Source: Octopus vulgaris (taxonomy: Eukaryota). Taken from it: DNA of 64,000 nucleotides. Shown here one piece after another: positions 1-13,460 of the stretch. The stretch is taken from contig OX597814.1 in the NCBI GenBank assembly GCA_951406725.2, positions 192,696,001-192,760,000 of the forward strand, in the 5' to 3' direction. Within the stretch, counting starts at the first letter, position 1. Every line of letters starts with the position of its first letter. The translations under genes were made by a program, and so were the position numbers. The notes under the pieces were generated by a model. That model had not been told where the DNA came from. It saw only the letters and a program-made list of their open reading frames with translations, and did no database searches.

Positions 1-260
1 ATATTTGGGCTAGATGTGGCTAGATTAAATGCTACAGGATTAAAACAAGAAGGTTGTTTTTTATAACCAAGGATGATCTCAGGCAGTTTGATATCAAAAG
101 GGTAAACTGCTAATGTATTTCATTTTATTTTATAACTTAGTTGAAAGAAGAAAGACAGTGCTTATGATCTTTTCCAAGGTCTCAGAGGCTGGTGAAAGGA
201 AGTGAACTGGAGACCTGACCCAAATACTAGTAATAGAGTAGGCACTATGAGAGATACCCC

Positions 261-491
261 ATTTCTTTATTACCCACAAGGGGCTAAACATAGAAGGGAC
301 AAACAAGGACAGACATAGGTATTAAGTCGATTACATCGACCCCAGTGCGTAACTGGTACTTAATTTATCGACCCTGAAAGGATGAAAGGTAAAGTCGACC
401 TCGGCGGAATTTGAACTCAGAACGTAACGACAGACGAAATACAGCTAAGCATTTCGCCCGACGTGCTAACGTTTATGCCAGCTCGCCGCCT
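261..491 (-). mobile_element. SINE family B (MetaSINE-like central block gcctttcatcctttcggggtcgataaa); representative copy
   Basis: Flanked by TSD tatgagagataccc (about 246-259 and 492-505). Other copies at about 985-1175, 6823-7215 (dimer), 14641-14762, 15032-15700 (three), 54990-55204, 58672-58808. Confidence 0.85.
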
Positions 492-554
492 TATGAGAGA
501 TACCCAAAGGCCAGGTGATGCTAAACTAGGTGATGGATCAAGTCTACTATCCCT

Positions 555-953
555 TACTCTTTTACTTGTTTCAGTCATTTGACTGTGGTCATGCTGGAGC
601 ACCGCCTTTAGTCGAGCAAAGCAACCTCAGGACTTATTCTTTGTAAGCCTAGTACATAATCTATCAGTCTCTTTTGTCGAACCACTAAGTTACGGGGACG
701 TAAACACACCAGCATCAGTTGTCAAGCGATGTTGGAAGAGACAAACACAGACACATAAACATGCACACACACATATATATACATATATACAACGGGCTTC
801 TTTCAGTTTCTGTCTACCAAATCCACTCACAAGGCTTTGGTCGGCCCAAGGCTATAGTAGAAGACACTTTGCCCAAGGTGCCATGCAGTGGTACTGAACC
901 CAGAACCATGTGGTTGGTAAGCAAGCTACTTAGCACACAGCCACTCCTGTGCC
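555..953 (-). mobile_element. SINE family A
   Basis: Full-length reverse complement of the family consensus. Confidence 0.85.
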
Positions 954-2477
954 TTAAATGCAAACATTATTACGAAAATAGACACAAGGTAGCAAACTGG
1001 TAGAATTGTTAGGCAAAATGCTTAATAGTATTTATGTTCTGAGTTCAAGATCGACTTTACATTTTACCCTTTCAGGGTTGATGAAATAAGCAACCAGTTT
1101 ATAGCCTTGGAGTCGATATAATTGACTAACCCCTTCCCACAAAATTTCAGCCCCTGTGACTATAGAGGAAAGGGATTATGAAAATACATAAATATCAATT
1201 TGAGAGAGAGAAAATAGCAGGCCTGATGATGGAAATGAACCATGTAGCTATCAACTGCCAGGTGACTCATGTTATTAAGTACATTACAGACAATTTGTCC
1301 TTTCATCACCACAAATTCAGTCCTTTATTTCTGCTCATTTAAATGTACTGTTTTAGTGTTTCCCCAAATTTCTAATACAGCAAGGTGTTGTACCTGGGCT
1401 TAATCATCATCATCATCATTTAACGTCCGTTTTCCATGCTAGCATGGGTTAGACGGTTCGACTAGGGTCTGGTAAGCCATGGAGGCTGCACCAGGCTCCA
1501 GTCTCGTTTGGTAGAGTTTCTACAGCTGGATGCCCTTCCTAACGCCAACCACTCTGTGAGTGTAGTGGGTGTCTTTTACGTGCCACCGGCACAGGGGCCA
1601 GAGGAGGCTGGCAAATGGCCATGATCAGTTGGTGCTCTTACATGTCAACGGATCGTGGCCGTTTTAAAAAAACAATTAACCCCATGAATCAAATAACAAA
1701 TTGACTGCTGTAATGACTTTTGATGTTATAATTATCATGCAGACAGAAAAATTCCAACAGTGGGCCTGTTGCTCATTCCTTTCACAAAACAGTGCTTTTA
1801 ATGTGAATATCATTACTAAAACTGTCCAATAAATAAGTCAGTACCCATAGCTCTTGCTGGAACTTCCAGAATCCATGTGATGTTCAGCTTAACTCTCTTG
1901 CATTCACATTGTTTTGAATTAATTATGTATTAACTTGTGGCTGATGCAATAAGGTAGGTGTGAAATGTTGGATCTGATTAATTTAATTGCTAAAGAGTTA
2001 AACACCCACAGCCAGTACTGTGTAAAAGCACCCAGTACACTCTGTAAAGTGGTTGGTGTTAGAAAGGGCATCCAGCCATAGGAACCATGCCAAAACATGG
2101 AGCCCAGGCAGCTCTTCAACTGACCAGCTCCTGTCAAACCATCCAACTCATGCTAGTATGGAAAACGGATGTATGATGATGATGTTATCACACCTACTAT
2201 TTGAGTATTTATATCCATTTTGATCAATTTGATCTCCAAACACCATCAGGTGTTTTATTTCTGAATGTGTGTACACAGAATCAGACTCGATTCAAACAAG
2301 GAACCTAAACATTCTTATCCATTAGGCCAGTGATGCACATAGAACTCTAGGTTTTATATATTTAGTTTTCAGTAGAGTTAATGCCTACACAGGTTTTATT
2401 GACTGGGTTCTTTTGTAACCCTTTAGCGTTCAGATTATTCTGCCAAATGTAATGCTTATTTATTCTGCTTTATCTTA

Positions 2478-3075
2478 TCATCATCATCGTCGTTTAACAT
2501 CTGCTTTCCATGCTAGCATGGGTTGGACATTTTGACTGAGGACTGGCGAACCAGATGGCTGCACCAGGCTCCAATCTTGATCTGGCAGAGTTTCTACAGC
2601 TGGATGTCCTTCCTAATGCCAGCCACTCCGAGAGTGTAGTGGGTGCTTTTACGTGCCACCAGCACGAGGGCCAGTCAGATGGTACTAGCAACGGCCATGC
2701 GCAAATGGTATTTATTACATGCCACCAGCACAGGAGCCAGTCCAGCAGCACTGGCAACAACCTCACTTGAATGTTTTTGCACATGCCACTGGCACAAGTG
2801 CCAGTAAGGCAACGCTGGTAACGATCACACTCAAATGGTGCTTTTTACATACCACCGGCACAGAAGCCAGTTAGCCACTCTGGCAACGATCACACTCGGA
2901 TGGTGCCCTTCGTGCTCCACTAGCATAGACGTCAGTCATCGAATTTGATTTCGATTTCACTTGCCTCAACAGGTTTTCACAAGTAGAGTTTAGTGTCCAA
3001 TGAAGGAAAGGTATGCATAAGTGGGCTGGTTACACCCCTGGCATAGGCCACGAGGTTATGGTCTCACTTGGCTTG
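2478..3075 (-). mobile_element. Repeat family C = solo RTE 3' UTR with (GAT)n tail; representative copy
   Basis: Same sequence as 36517-37049. Other copies at about 1404-1665, 2020-2185, 10370-10690, 14415-14635, 17780-18057, 18740-19030, 19398-19700, 22757-22987, 34311-34708, 40574-41097, 41717-42060, 42257-42720, 50157-50580. Confidence 0.8.
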
Positions 3076-3382
3076 CCAAGCTTCAAAATTTCAGTGAAAA
3101 CGATTGTGTAGTTTTAGAATGACATTATAGGGTAGATATGGAAGGTCAAATCTGGCTGGTTTGTGTATAAAACAGGTAGAATACATGGGCCAGATATGGC
3201 CAGTTTAAATGCTTATAGGTTAATGGTTTTCACTTTCTTTGTCCATCAGTAATGGTACTTGTTTGCTTCTCTACATTCCGTTATTCCTTACTTAGATATT
3301 ATTGTATTGTAACGTTTAAAATCTGAAAATAAATTGGTTGGTTTAGGTAGACGCAGTTCTAACCACTCTTAGATAGATTTAA

Positions 3383-3601
3383 CCCTTTCGTTACTGTATT
3401 TATTTTGAGATGCTGTGTTTCTTTCAATTACTTTAAATATAACAAAGAATTTCGTAAAATAACTTGGTTATCATTCAGCTAGTGTTAGGAACATAAATTG
3501 TGACTAAGGTTTGGTGGAAGATTTTAATTCAAAACTCATGAAAACAAGACATTTCTACCTCAGAGCCAGAGCCGGTTTTGGCCGGGTTGGTAACGAAAGG
3601 G
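3383..3601. mobile_element. piggyBac-type MITE family 1
   Basis: TTAA-ccctttcgttac...gtaacgaaaggg-TTAA; degenerate relative at about 5695-5910. Confidence 0.8.
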
Positions 3602-4846
3602 TTAACTCCAGGAAGAAATGAACATTAAATCAATATGGTTATCTTTACAAAGTTGTAACAACACAAGAGCGAAAAGTGAATTTTAAAAACTTAAGAGAAA
3701 AGTGTTAAAAAATAACTGAAGACAGACTGATCTATTTTTTTTACTCGTTTCAGTCATTAGGCTGCGACCATGCTGGGGCATCGCCTTGAGGAATTTTTAG
3801 TCAAGTGAATCGATCCCAGAACTTTTTTAAAGCCTGGTACTTATTCTATCGGTCTCTTTTGCTTAACTGCTAAGTTACAGGAACATAAACACACCAATAC
3901 CAGTTGTCAAGTAGTGACAGGGGAAAAACTACGCGCGCACACATGCACGTGCATGCGCATGATGGGCTTGTTTCCATGTACCAAATCCATCAACAAGGCT
4001 TTGGTTAGCCCAAGGCTACAGAAGACACTTGCTCAAGGTGTCATGCAGTGGGACTGAACCCAGATCCATGTGGTTGGGAAGCAAGCTTCTTACCACACAC
4101 CCATGCCTGCACCTATTTCAATTTTTTTAAAATTTTCATTTATAAATCATCAGATTAAATATCTCATCAAATAACAAATCACCAAGAGAACGGACTAAGT
4201 TCACACTACATTATTTTTTTTTTCACCTTTTCTTTTTGCACTGAGAGAAAAAAAAAAAAACCCATTTTCCTTTATACTGTAAACTTAAGTCCTAACACCA
4301 TTCTTCAGTGAGCCACAAAAATTATTATTCCTGTTACATTCTTCTCTGTATTTTAACAATTTAAAAATAGCATTGACTATTTTCGGGTTAACATTATTGG
4401 CCCAAAAATAGTCGATACTGTTTTCCGAACAGCCTGTTATACAATGAAGCATTTCATAACACCAGAAAAGAACCCCACCCACCAATAAAATTTGCCATTT
4501 CATATTTTATATATCAATCTCTCTTTCTCCCTCTCCCCTCTTCATATACAATAGACAGGAAATATAAAAGTGTGTTTATACACATTTAGAGAAAATAAAG
4601 TTATGAGAAAAAGAAGATTTTTGTTCACTATAAGGAAGAACTGATGTAAAAGAAGGAATTAATTTTAAGTTGATATATACACAAGCAGGGTGGGAAGAAG
4701 CTTGTTTCCTCAGCTACATGGTTCCGGGTTCAGTCTCACTGCATAACATCTTGGGCAAGTGTCTTCTACTATATTCCCGGACTGACCAAAGCCGTTTGAG
4801 TGGATTTGGCAAATGGAAACTTAAAGAAACCCATTGTGTGTATATA

Positions 4847-4998
4847 TTTGTTTCTCTCCTTGTTTTTTCTGTGTCTCTTTCTGTAGATGAGCATAGGCTC
4901 GAAACGTAAAAGACTTTTTCTATTCCTGAGCGTTATACTAATACATCTGTTTGTTTTGTACACCACCTGTCTTCTTTTGTTTTTTTCGTAAACTCTCC

Positions 4999-5000
<2 letters not shown>
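4847..5000 (+). mobile_element. Short (TA)n-inserted element with variant minimal hammerhead (4876-4913), nested in a family A SINE
   Basis: tcttt-CTGTAGA-t-gagc-atag-gctc-GAAAC-GTA-aaaga; near-identical second copy at 8973-9148; followed by (TA)n. Confidence 0.6.
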
Positions 5001-5032
<32 letters not shown>

Positions 5033-6120
5033 GGGAGGGGGGATTCTCACCATTGCTTGACAACTGATTTATATCCCCCATTACTTGGTGGTTCGGCAAA
5101 ATGGAGACCGATAAAGGAAGCACCAGGCTCAACAAAAGATAAATACTGGGGTTGATTCATTTGACTAAAAATTCTTCAAGGTGGTGCCCCAGCATGGCCA
5201 CAGTCTAATGACCAAAACAAGTAGAAAGAGAAAAGATATACACTGAAGACATCCCACCTACAAAGACAAACTGCTTCAATATAAAAAAACTATGTAAACA
5301 AACGAATGTGAACACAAATCCAGAAAGCTTATTATGACTGTGTTGGTTGCTTTATAAACAACCAGCAACCAGTCACACAAGTTAGTAAAAGAAGATAACA
5401 CCTATCAGTAAATTAGCACTATTAAAGCTCTCTGACCCATCTTCTCACAAACACAAATAAATAAATAAGAAAAGGCACAGCTGTGTGGTAAGAAGTTTGC
5501 TTCTCAGCTACATGGTTCCAGGTTCAGTTTCATTGCGTGGCACCTTGGGAAAGTGTCTTCCAAACTAAAACTAAAGCTGATATTCTTCTTGCCTCCTAGT
5601 TTTAATTTATTCTGCATTTTATACAACAAAGGAAATCATGACTAGTTTTCAATAATTACAAGATTTTCAGTTCTAAATAAGCAATTAGCATTTCAACCCT
5701 TTTGTAATTATATTTCTGATGAATTACATTGCTTCTGATTCAATTAGTTTTGAAAATAACAAAGAATTAAATAAAATAACTTTGCCATTATTAACTTAGT
5801 ATTTGGGACATAAATTAGCAAGGGACTTTAATGAAAGGCTTTAATTCGGATCACTTTACAACAAGAAGTTTGCATTACAGAAGCAGGAGCAGTCCCAGAA
5901 GGGCTAGTATCAAATGGGTTGAAAGGTATTTTTCAAGCAAGTTTAGGAGTGGCTGTGTGGTAAGTAGCTTGCTTACCAACCACATGGTTCTGGGTTCAGT
6001 TACACTGCGTGGCACCTTGGGCAAATGTCTTCTACTATAGCCTCGGGCTGACCAAAGCCTTGTGAGTGGATTTGGTAGGCGGAAACTGAAAGAAGCCCGT
6101 CGTATATATATATATATATA

Positions 6121-6336
6121 AAACCACCTATTGATCCCCTCCATTTTCTTATTGCTATATAAATTAATGGTAAAATATCTCTTTACCTTCACCCATTTAA
6201 TACACTAGGTAATGTAATTGCAATGCAATAAAAAATACTTGTGTATTAATAATTGGGTATTCTACCAGCAGTATATTGGATAGATATTATTCCTTAGTGA
6301 GTTGGATTCACAACCTCTAACTTTCTTGGAGTTATA
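6121..6336 (+). mobile_element. Fragment of the 46630 family, inserted in the (TA)n of a family A SINE
   Basis: Homologous to 46910-46945 and to the reverse complement of 9580-9780. Confidence 0.55.
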
Positions 6337-8260
6337 TGTATGTATGTTTGTGTGTCTGTGTTAGTCCCCATCCCCACATCGCTTGACAACCGATGCTGGC
6401 GTGTTTGCATGCCCGTAACTTAGTGATTCGGCAAAAGAAACTGATAAAATAAGTACTAGACTTACAAAGAATAAGTCCTGGGGTCGATATGCTCGACTAA
6501 AGGCAGTGCTCCAGCATGGCCGCAGTCAAATGACTGAAACAAGTAAAAGAGTAAACTGGATAAGATATATCTATTTTTTACCCCTTTTAAAATTAGTAAT
6601 ATAAAACTACCAAAAAAAATTTTGGATAATAAATTTGCATATGTCTAATTAGCTTTAATCCATCAGCATTTAAACCAGCCATATCCTGCCTGAAATATTC
6701 TACCTTTATTTATGTTCAAACTGGCCAGGTCTGGCCCCTCACATCTACATGACAATGTCATAAACAATCACATCATTGAAACCTCAAAGCTACAAAATAA
6801 TACATGATTATTCCAAAATAATCTTTTCTACTCTAGGCACAAGTTCTGAAATGGTGGGGGAGGGGGCTAGTCGATTAGAGTGACCCCACCATACAATCCG
6901 TACTTAATTTATCGACCCCAAAAGGATGAAAGGCAAAAATCAATCTCAGCAGAATTTGAAGTCAGAACGTGAAGACAGACAAAATACCTATTTCTTTACT
7001 ACCCACAAGGGGTTAAACACAGAGAGGACAAACAAGGACAAACGGATCAAGTCGATTATATCGACCTAAGTGCGTAACTGGTACTTAATTTATCGACCCC
7101 AAAAGGATGAAAGGCAAAGTCGACCTCGGCGGAATTTGAACTCAGAACGTAAAGGCAACGAAATACGGCTACACACTTCACCCGGCGTGCTAACGTTTCT
7201 GCCAGCTCGACGCCTTCAAAATAATGCAAATGAATATGCATTACATTTGACAGAGTAGTCTCAACGTTAAAGGGTTAATTAATAAAACCACTGACAATGA
7301 TGAAGATTAATTCTCATTTTAAAGAACTGTTGAATAAACATATGCTTGCACCAAGTTTAAAACATTCAAAATGTGACAGAGTTACTACTCTAAAATTTAA
7401 CAAGTTAAACAAAATATTCAATACATGAAATTTTGCATTTTTTTCAGACATAAAATATAAATTCACTCAACTACTTTAGTATTGAAGACATAAATATATT
7501 TATAAAGTAAATTATTTTGTATCTTTTGTTTTAGCCATTAGACCATGGTCAAACTGGAGCGCTGCCTTGTAGAATTTTTAGTCAAACAAATCAGCCACAA
7601 CACTTTTTTTTTAAAACCTGGTATTTATTCTATTGGTCTCTTTAATGGAACTATGTTAAAGGGATGTAAACATACCAACACCACCTGTCAAGCAGTGGTC
7701 ACACATACACACATGATGGGCATCTTCATTTTCTATCTACCAAATTCACTCACAAGGCTCTGTTCAGCCCAAGGCTATCATAGAGGACACTTGCCTAAGG
7801 TGCCATGCAGCAGGACTGAACCCAAAACCCTGTGGTTGAGAAACTAACTTCTTACCACACAGCCACTTTCTTATACAGGTAATTTCTTAAATATTGTTTT
7901 GACAAAGGAAGACAAATATTACAGGTGAACTGCCAAAAATATTAGACCAAAGCAACCAAAATTATCATCATATAAGCACCAGTGTGGCTTCCAATCACAT
8001 GGTTCCAGGTTCAGTCCCAATGTATGGCACCTTAGGCAAGTGTCTTCTACTATAGCCTTGGACCAAACAAAACCGGGAGTGGATTTCCTAGACAGAAACT
8101 GAAAGAAGCCCATCATGTTTATGTATATATATATATATCTGTGTGTGTGTGCCTTTGTGTCTGTTTGTCCCCCGCCACTGCTTGACAGCCGGTGTTGGTG
8201 TGGTTCTGTCCCCATAACTTAGTGGTTTGGCAAAGAGACAGATAAAGTACCAGGCTTTAA

Positions 8261-8472
8261 CCCTTTCCTTACCAACTTGGCTGAAACTGGCTCTGGCTCT
8301 GAGTACAAATGTCTTGTTTTTATAAGTTTGGAACTAAATCTTCCACCAAACCTTAGCCACAATTTATGTTCCTAACACTAGCTGAATGATAAACTAAGTT
8401 ATTTTACTAAATTATTTGTTAGTAATTGAAAGAAATACAAAGCATCTCAAAATAAATACAGTAATGAAAGGG
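8261..8472. mobile_element. piggyBac-type MITE family 1 (inverted)
   Basis: Reverse complement of 3383-3601; TTAA at the left end. Confidence 0.75.
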
Positions 8473-8972
8473 TTATTCAAGTCTCAACTTATTTTCACAA
8501 TAGCAGCATGAATTTTTTTTTTCCTGCATTGTTATGTTTGAGTAGTGCTACAGAACTATGGAACAAAATTGCTAGTTCTAACTAAGAAGCATGTTAGGCA
8601 CAGGAGTGGCTGTGTGGTGGGTGGCTTGCTTACCAACCACATGGCTCCAGGTTCAGTCCCATTGCGTGGCACCTTGAGCAAGTGTCTTTGGTTGACTGCA
8701 ACTGAAAGGAACCCATCCTGTATATATGAGTGTGTGTGTGTGTGCACATGCATGTGTCTGTGTGTGTCCCTTGCCATTGCTTGACAACTGATGTTGGTGT
8801 GTTTGTGTCCCCGTAAACTTAACGGCTTGACAAAAGAGACTGACAGGATAAGTTCTAGGCTTACAAAGAATAAATCCCGGGGTTGATTTGTTCGACTAAA
8901 AGTGATGTTCCAGCATGGACGCAGTCAAATGACAAACAAATAGAAGAAAATATATATATATATATATATATA

Positions 8973-9148
8973 TTGTTAGCCACTACACACATTTTTTTCT
9001 CTTCTTGTTTTTTCTGTGTCCCTTTCTGTAGAAGAGCGTAGGCTCGAAACATAAAAGACTTTTTCTATTCCTGAGCATTATACTAATACATCTGTTTGTT
9101 TTGTACACCACCTGTCTTCATCTTTTGTTTTTTTCGTAAACTCTCCCT
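8973..9148 (+). mobile_element. Second copy of the short hammerhead-bearing element (motif 9022-9058)
   Basis: cttt-CTGTAGA-a-gagc-gtag-gctc-GAAAC-ATA-aaag; bracketed on both sides by (TA)n. Confidence 0.6.
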
Positions 9149-9539
9149 ATATATATATATATATATATAACCATGATCTGATTGGAATGCAAACTGCTCT
9201 ACCAAATTTGCCCAATGCATAGTTGTCAAGTTCTCTACAGAAGTTTTAAATCACAAGTCAATTTGATTTGAAGCCATTTTGCCACTTATACATGAGATAA
9301 CACAATAACAGAAGCAGCTTAACATATACAATTGATATCTTTTATTTTTTTACTTGTTTCAGTCATCAGACTGCGGCCATGCTGGGGCACCACCTTGAAG
9401 AATTTTTAGTCAAATAAATCAATCCCAGTACTTATATTTTGGTCAAGCCTGGCACTTGCTCTATTTTTCTTTTTTGTTAGACTAAGTTACGAGGACATAA
9501 AGACACTAACACATATGTGTGTGCATGTGTATACATATA

Positions 9540-9579
<40 letters not shown>

Positions 9580-9581
<2 letters not shown>

Positions 9582-9860
9582 ACACAAAATAAGTTAGGGA
9601 TTATGGGTGCAACCCACTAAGGGATAGTATTTATCCAATATACTGTTGGTAAAGTACCCAAATTCTTAATACATAAATGTTTTTAATTGCAATGCAATTA
9701 ACTTATTATATTAAATGGGTGAAGGTAGAGAAATATTTTACCGTTAATTTATAATACAAATAAGAAAATGGAGAAACAATTTAGTTTGTTCATCAACTTT
9801 TGGATATTAGAATGTTGACTTATTTATTCATTTAACGAAATGAGAACCTTAATAGCATAT
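9580..9860 (-). mobile_element. Fragment of the 46630 family (reverse orientation, lacks the ribozyme part)
   Basis: Reverse complement aligns by eye to 46840-46945 and 6121-6336; flanked by (TA)n. Confidence 0.55.
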
Positions 9861-9879
9861 ATATCATCATCATCATCAT

Positions 9880-9918
<39 letters not shown>

Positions 9919-11036
9919 CAGCATGGAAGGTGGATGTTGATGATATACATATATATACACACACACATATAATGGTCTCCTTTCAGCTTCTATCTAACAT
10001 ATCCACTCACATGACTTTGGTCAGCTTGAGACTATAGAAGACACTTGCCCAAGATGCCATGTGGTGAGAGTGAACCTGGAACCAGGCCACTGGGAAACAA
10101 GCTTCTTCCTGCACAACCATGCTTGCACCTATTGTATGCAAGCACGAAGAAGTAGATACAAAACTGGGGGGAAATGAATATTTTTTTTTTAACCCTTCCA
10201 ACATAAACTGGCCAGCAGTGTTTATAGCTAAATTAAAATCTCAAATGAAATATCATTATAAAATGAATGATGCAGTGAGACTCCAGCTGGTCAACACCAG
10301 TGTAACATACCAAAGCTTTGATTATATTGAAAACTCATGAAAATATTCTGTATATTGTAGAAGTATAACCATCATCGTTTAACCTCTGCCTTTCCATGCT
10401 GGCATGGGCCGGACAGTTTGACAGGAGCCAGCCAGGCAAGAACCTGTACCAGATTTCTGTGTCTGTTTTGACAGAGATTTTATGGCAGGATGCCCTTCCT
10501 AACATTAACCACCCACCCAGCAGAGTGAACCGAGTGCTTTTTATGTGGCACAAACAGAGCTGAGGTCAGTTTTGGTAAGGTTTTTACAGCTGGATGCCTT
10601 TCCAAATGCCAATCACTTTACAGTATGGACTGGATGCTTTTTACATGGCATCAGTATTGACAGGGTCACCAAGTAACGTGCAAAACAAAAACCCTTTGAG
10701 AGGGGTCATTGGATAACGAATCAAATTTGATACAGACCCTGGCTGAGAACGACTGGTTTACATATACCCTGAGGAAAAAATCTGGAAAAGTTGCTTTCTA
10801 AATGAATGCTCACCTAGCACTGAATTCTCCTCATATATATAGAATAATGCTTATTGATTCACATTGATTTGAATTAATCATGCATTATCTCATATCTTCA
10901 AGATCTTGATGGTGTAATTACTTAATATAGAATAACATTGTAGGGTAGATTTGAGGGCCTAGATCTGGTCAGTTTAAACATAAAACAGATTAAATATTTT
11001 GGCCGGATATGGCCGGTTTAAATACTAAAGGGTTAA

Positions 11037-11256
11037 CCCTTTCATTACTGTATTTATTTTGAGATGCTCTATGTTTCTTTCAATTATCTTAAAAATAACA
11101 AAGAATTTATCAAAATAACTTAGTTATCATTCAGCTAGTGTTAGGAACATAAATTGTGACTAAGGTTTAGTGGAAGATTTTAATTCAAAACTTATGAAAA
11201 CAAGACATTTGTACTCAGATCCAGAGCTGGTTTCAGCCGGGTTGGTAACAAAAGGG
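11037..11256. mobile_element. piggyBac-type MITE family 1
   Basis: TTAA-flanked; shares its left TTAA with a family 2 MITE ending at 11032. Confidence 0.8.
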
Positions 11257-11567
11257 TTAAAACAAGTTCAAAATCCACTGAAGTTGACTTCATCTTTCAT
11301 CTCTCAGAAATGAAATCATCACCAATCAATTACTAGTTCAAATCAACTGACTATAAACTGCCACTAAAAATGTTTGGCCTTGGGCTAAACAATATAAAAT
11401 ATCTAAACATAATAGTTGCCAAACGGTTTTTAATACTTTTCAGCTGCCATCACGAAGTCAAGACTTGTGAATGCAGGCATTATTAAGTAAGCACAAAGCA
11501 GCTGCCATCTTCAGATTTATACACATATCCATGGACAATTAAAATATAGTTACCAAACTTAAAAATC

Positions 11568-11625
11568 ACGTCTGTGGCTCAAGTTTTGAGTAAACAACGT
11601 CTGTGGCTCAAGTTTTGAGTAAACA
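11568..11625. repeat. 29-bp tandem duplication
   Basis: acgtctgtggctcaagttttgagtaaaca x2. Confidence 0.85.
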
Positions 11626-11786
11626 GTGAGACATGGGTTTGGTAGTGCATAAGATAGGAACAACTAAATACTTTTATATTTCTGTTACCTACCTAGAATA
11701 GCCACATAGTTAATATACTAGTACTGGAACATAGAGCTGTCGTAGACTGTTTGCCAACTATATTTGGTGAGATATATGTTCTAGTG

Positions 11787-12447
11787 CAGTGCTCTGCAAC
11801 CAGTATGCAGCGGCAAAGTAGAGGTGCAATGGCATAGTGGTTAGGGCGGCAGACTCGCGGTCGTAAGAACGCGGTTTCGATTCCCAGACCGAGCACTGTG
11901 AGTGTTTATTGAGCAAAAACACCTAAGCTCCACGAGGCTCTGGCAGAGTGGTGATGGTGAACCTCGCTGTACTCTTTCACCACACTCTTTCTTCCTACTT
12001 CTGCCACAAAGCAGAGGAACCATGGTGTAACTCACTATGGTGTGGTAAACTTTCAGACCCTAGTCTAGATTGCGAATCCTCTGTACCCCAGGATGGTTCA
12101 GCTCTCCACCCGTTAAAAGCTACCATTTACGGAATGAGAATAACAATGTAGCTTTCGTGCCTGTGCAACCGCCAGTCTATCGCGTGTGGTGGGTGGATCT
12201 TCAAGTTGCCACACGCATTTTTAGTAGCTTAGAGTAGGCTCGAATTAGAGATTATTCTTTGTAGCTAATGGCGTGAGTCCTGATTAGAAGAAGAAGAAGA
12301 GGAGCAGCAGCACACTGGTGTGCCTCAGTGTAACCTGAATATAATCTTTTTCCTTGTACTTGTAGTTATATTCTTTTCAAAATTTGGTGGCACACCTGAA
12401 CTAAAAATATAAGTGTACTACAAGTGAAAAAAAGTTGCAGAGCACTG
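11787..12447. mobile_element. hAT-type MITE with a nested family D SINE; a second hAT-like MITE abuts at about 12456-12758
   Basis: 14-bp TIR cagtgctctgcaac/gttgcagagcactg; 8-bp flanks ttctagtg/ctctagtg. Confidence 0.7.
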
Positions 12448-13291
12448 CTCTAGTGCAGCAGTTCTCAATCATTCTTTTTTCTATCTATGGACTCCTTTGA
12501 TTATTATTTTATTATGGTAGACCCTCATAACCATTTGATGGCTAAAAACTAGTTTCATAGATTCTTCCTTCAAAATTCTTATTTTGTCTATCACACATTC
12601 TCTTATGTAGGCTGAACTATGCAAAATGTTAAGAGAAAAAACCTAGCTGGTTCTTGTAATAAATACATGTAAAGCAAAATTTTTTCATGGACCCAATTTA
12701 TTATTTTGCATGTGTGGATCCCACAAAATCTTATATGGACCCAGAAGGGAGCTACTGCTCTGATGTTACAGACAATGCCAAAGAATCTCTATATAGAGAG
12801 CAGATGTGTTTAACATGTAATCATGCACAACTAAAAATGTGCTCCAAAAGCATCTAAAAGTATACTCTCTGTTACTTGTTTCAATCATTTGACTGTGACC
12901 ATGCTGGAGCACTGCCTTTAGTCGAGCAAATTGACCCCAGGACTTATTTTTTGTAAGCCTAGTACTTATTCTATTGATCCCTTGCCGAACCACTTGCTGA
13001 ATGACAAATTTGGAGTGACAATCTGTCAAGGTAGATGCCAAACTAAAAAGCAACAGACGATTAGTTGCAAGACTTCCTTGTTGCATGTGACAAAGACAAA
13101 TCATAACAAGGGCACTGAGAGAGCGCAAACCTCTGCCAAGGTAACACCCATGTCCTCTCAACGATTCGCTGGAGATGATTTTTAAAATGAGAATATCTGA
13201 AATAAACTTGACTGCTCTCACAAACAAGAATACTAAAAATGAACCCGACCGCTCTCAAAAATTAAGCAAAAAATCTGAAAGAAGCCCATTG

Positions 13292-13310
13292 TATATATAT
13301 ATATACACAT

Positions 13311-13351
<41 letters not shown>

Positions 13352-13404
13352 TACATACACACACACACACACATACACACACACACACACATATACACAC
13401 ACAA

Positions 13405-13453
<49 letters not shown>

Positions 13454-13460
13454 TATATAG
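13292..13460. repeat. Compound (TA)n/(CA)n microsatellite inside a family A SINE
   Basis: Directly visible. Confidence 0.95.

Noticed and set aside
3292-3322. 31-nt minus-strand segment between ttttcag and gtaag
   Set aside because: Stop in the required phase-0 frame and no SUZ12 similarity.
9352-9372. Minus-strand CTGATGA-ct-GAAAC that looks like a hammerhead core
   Set aside because: Chance mutation of the family A SINE tail (caaatgactgaaac); no room for helix II.
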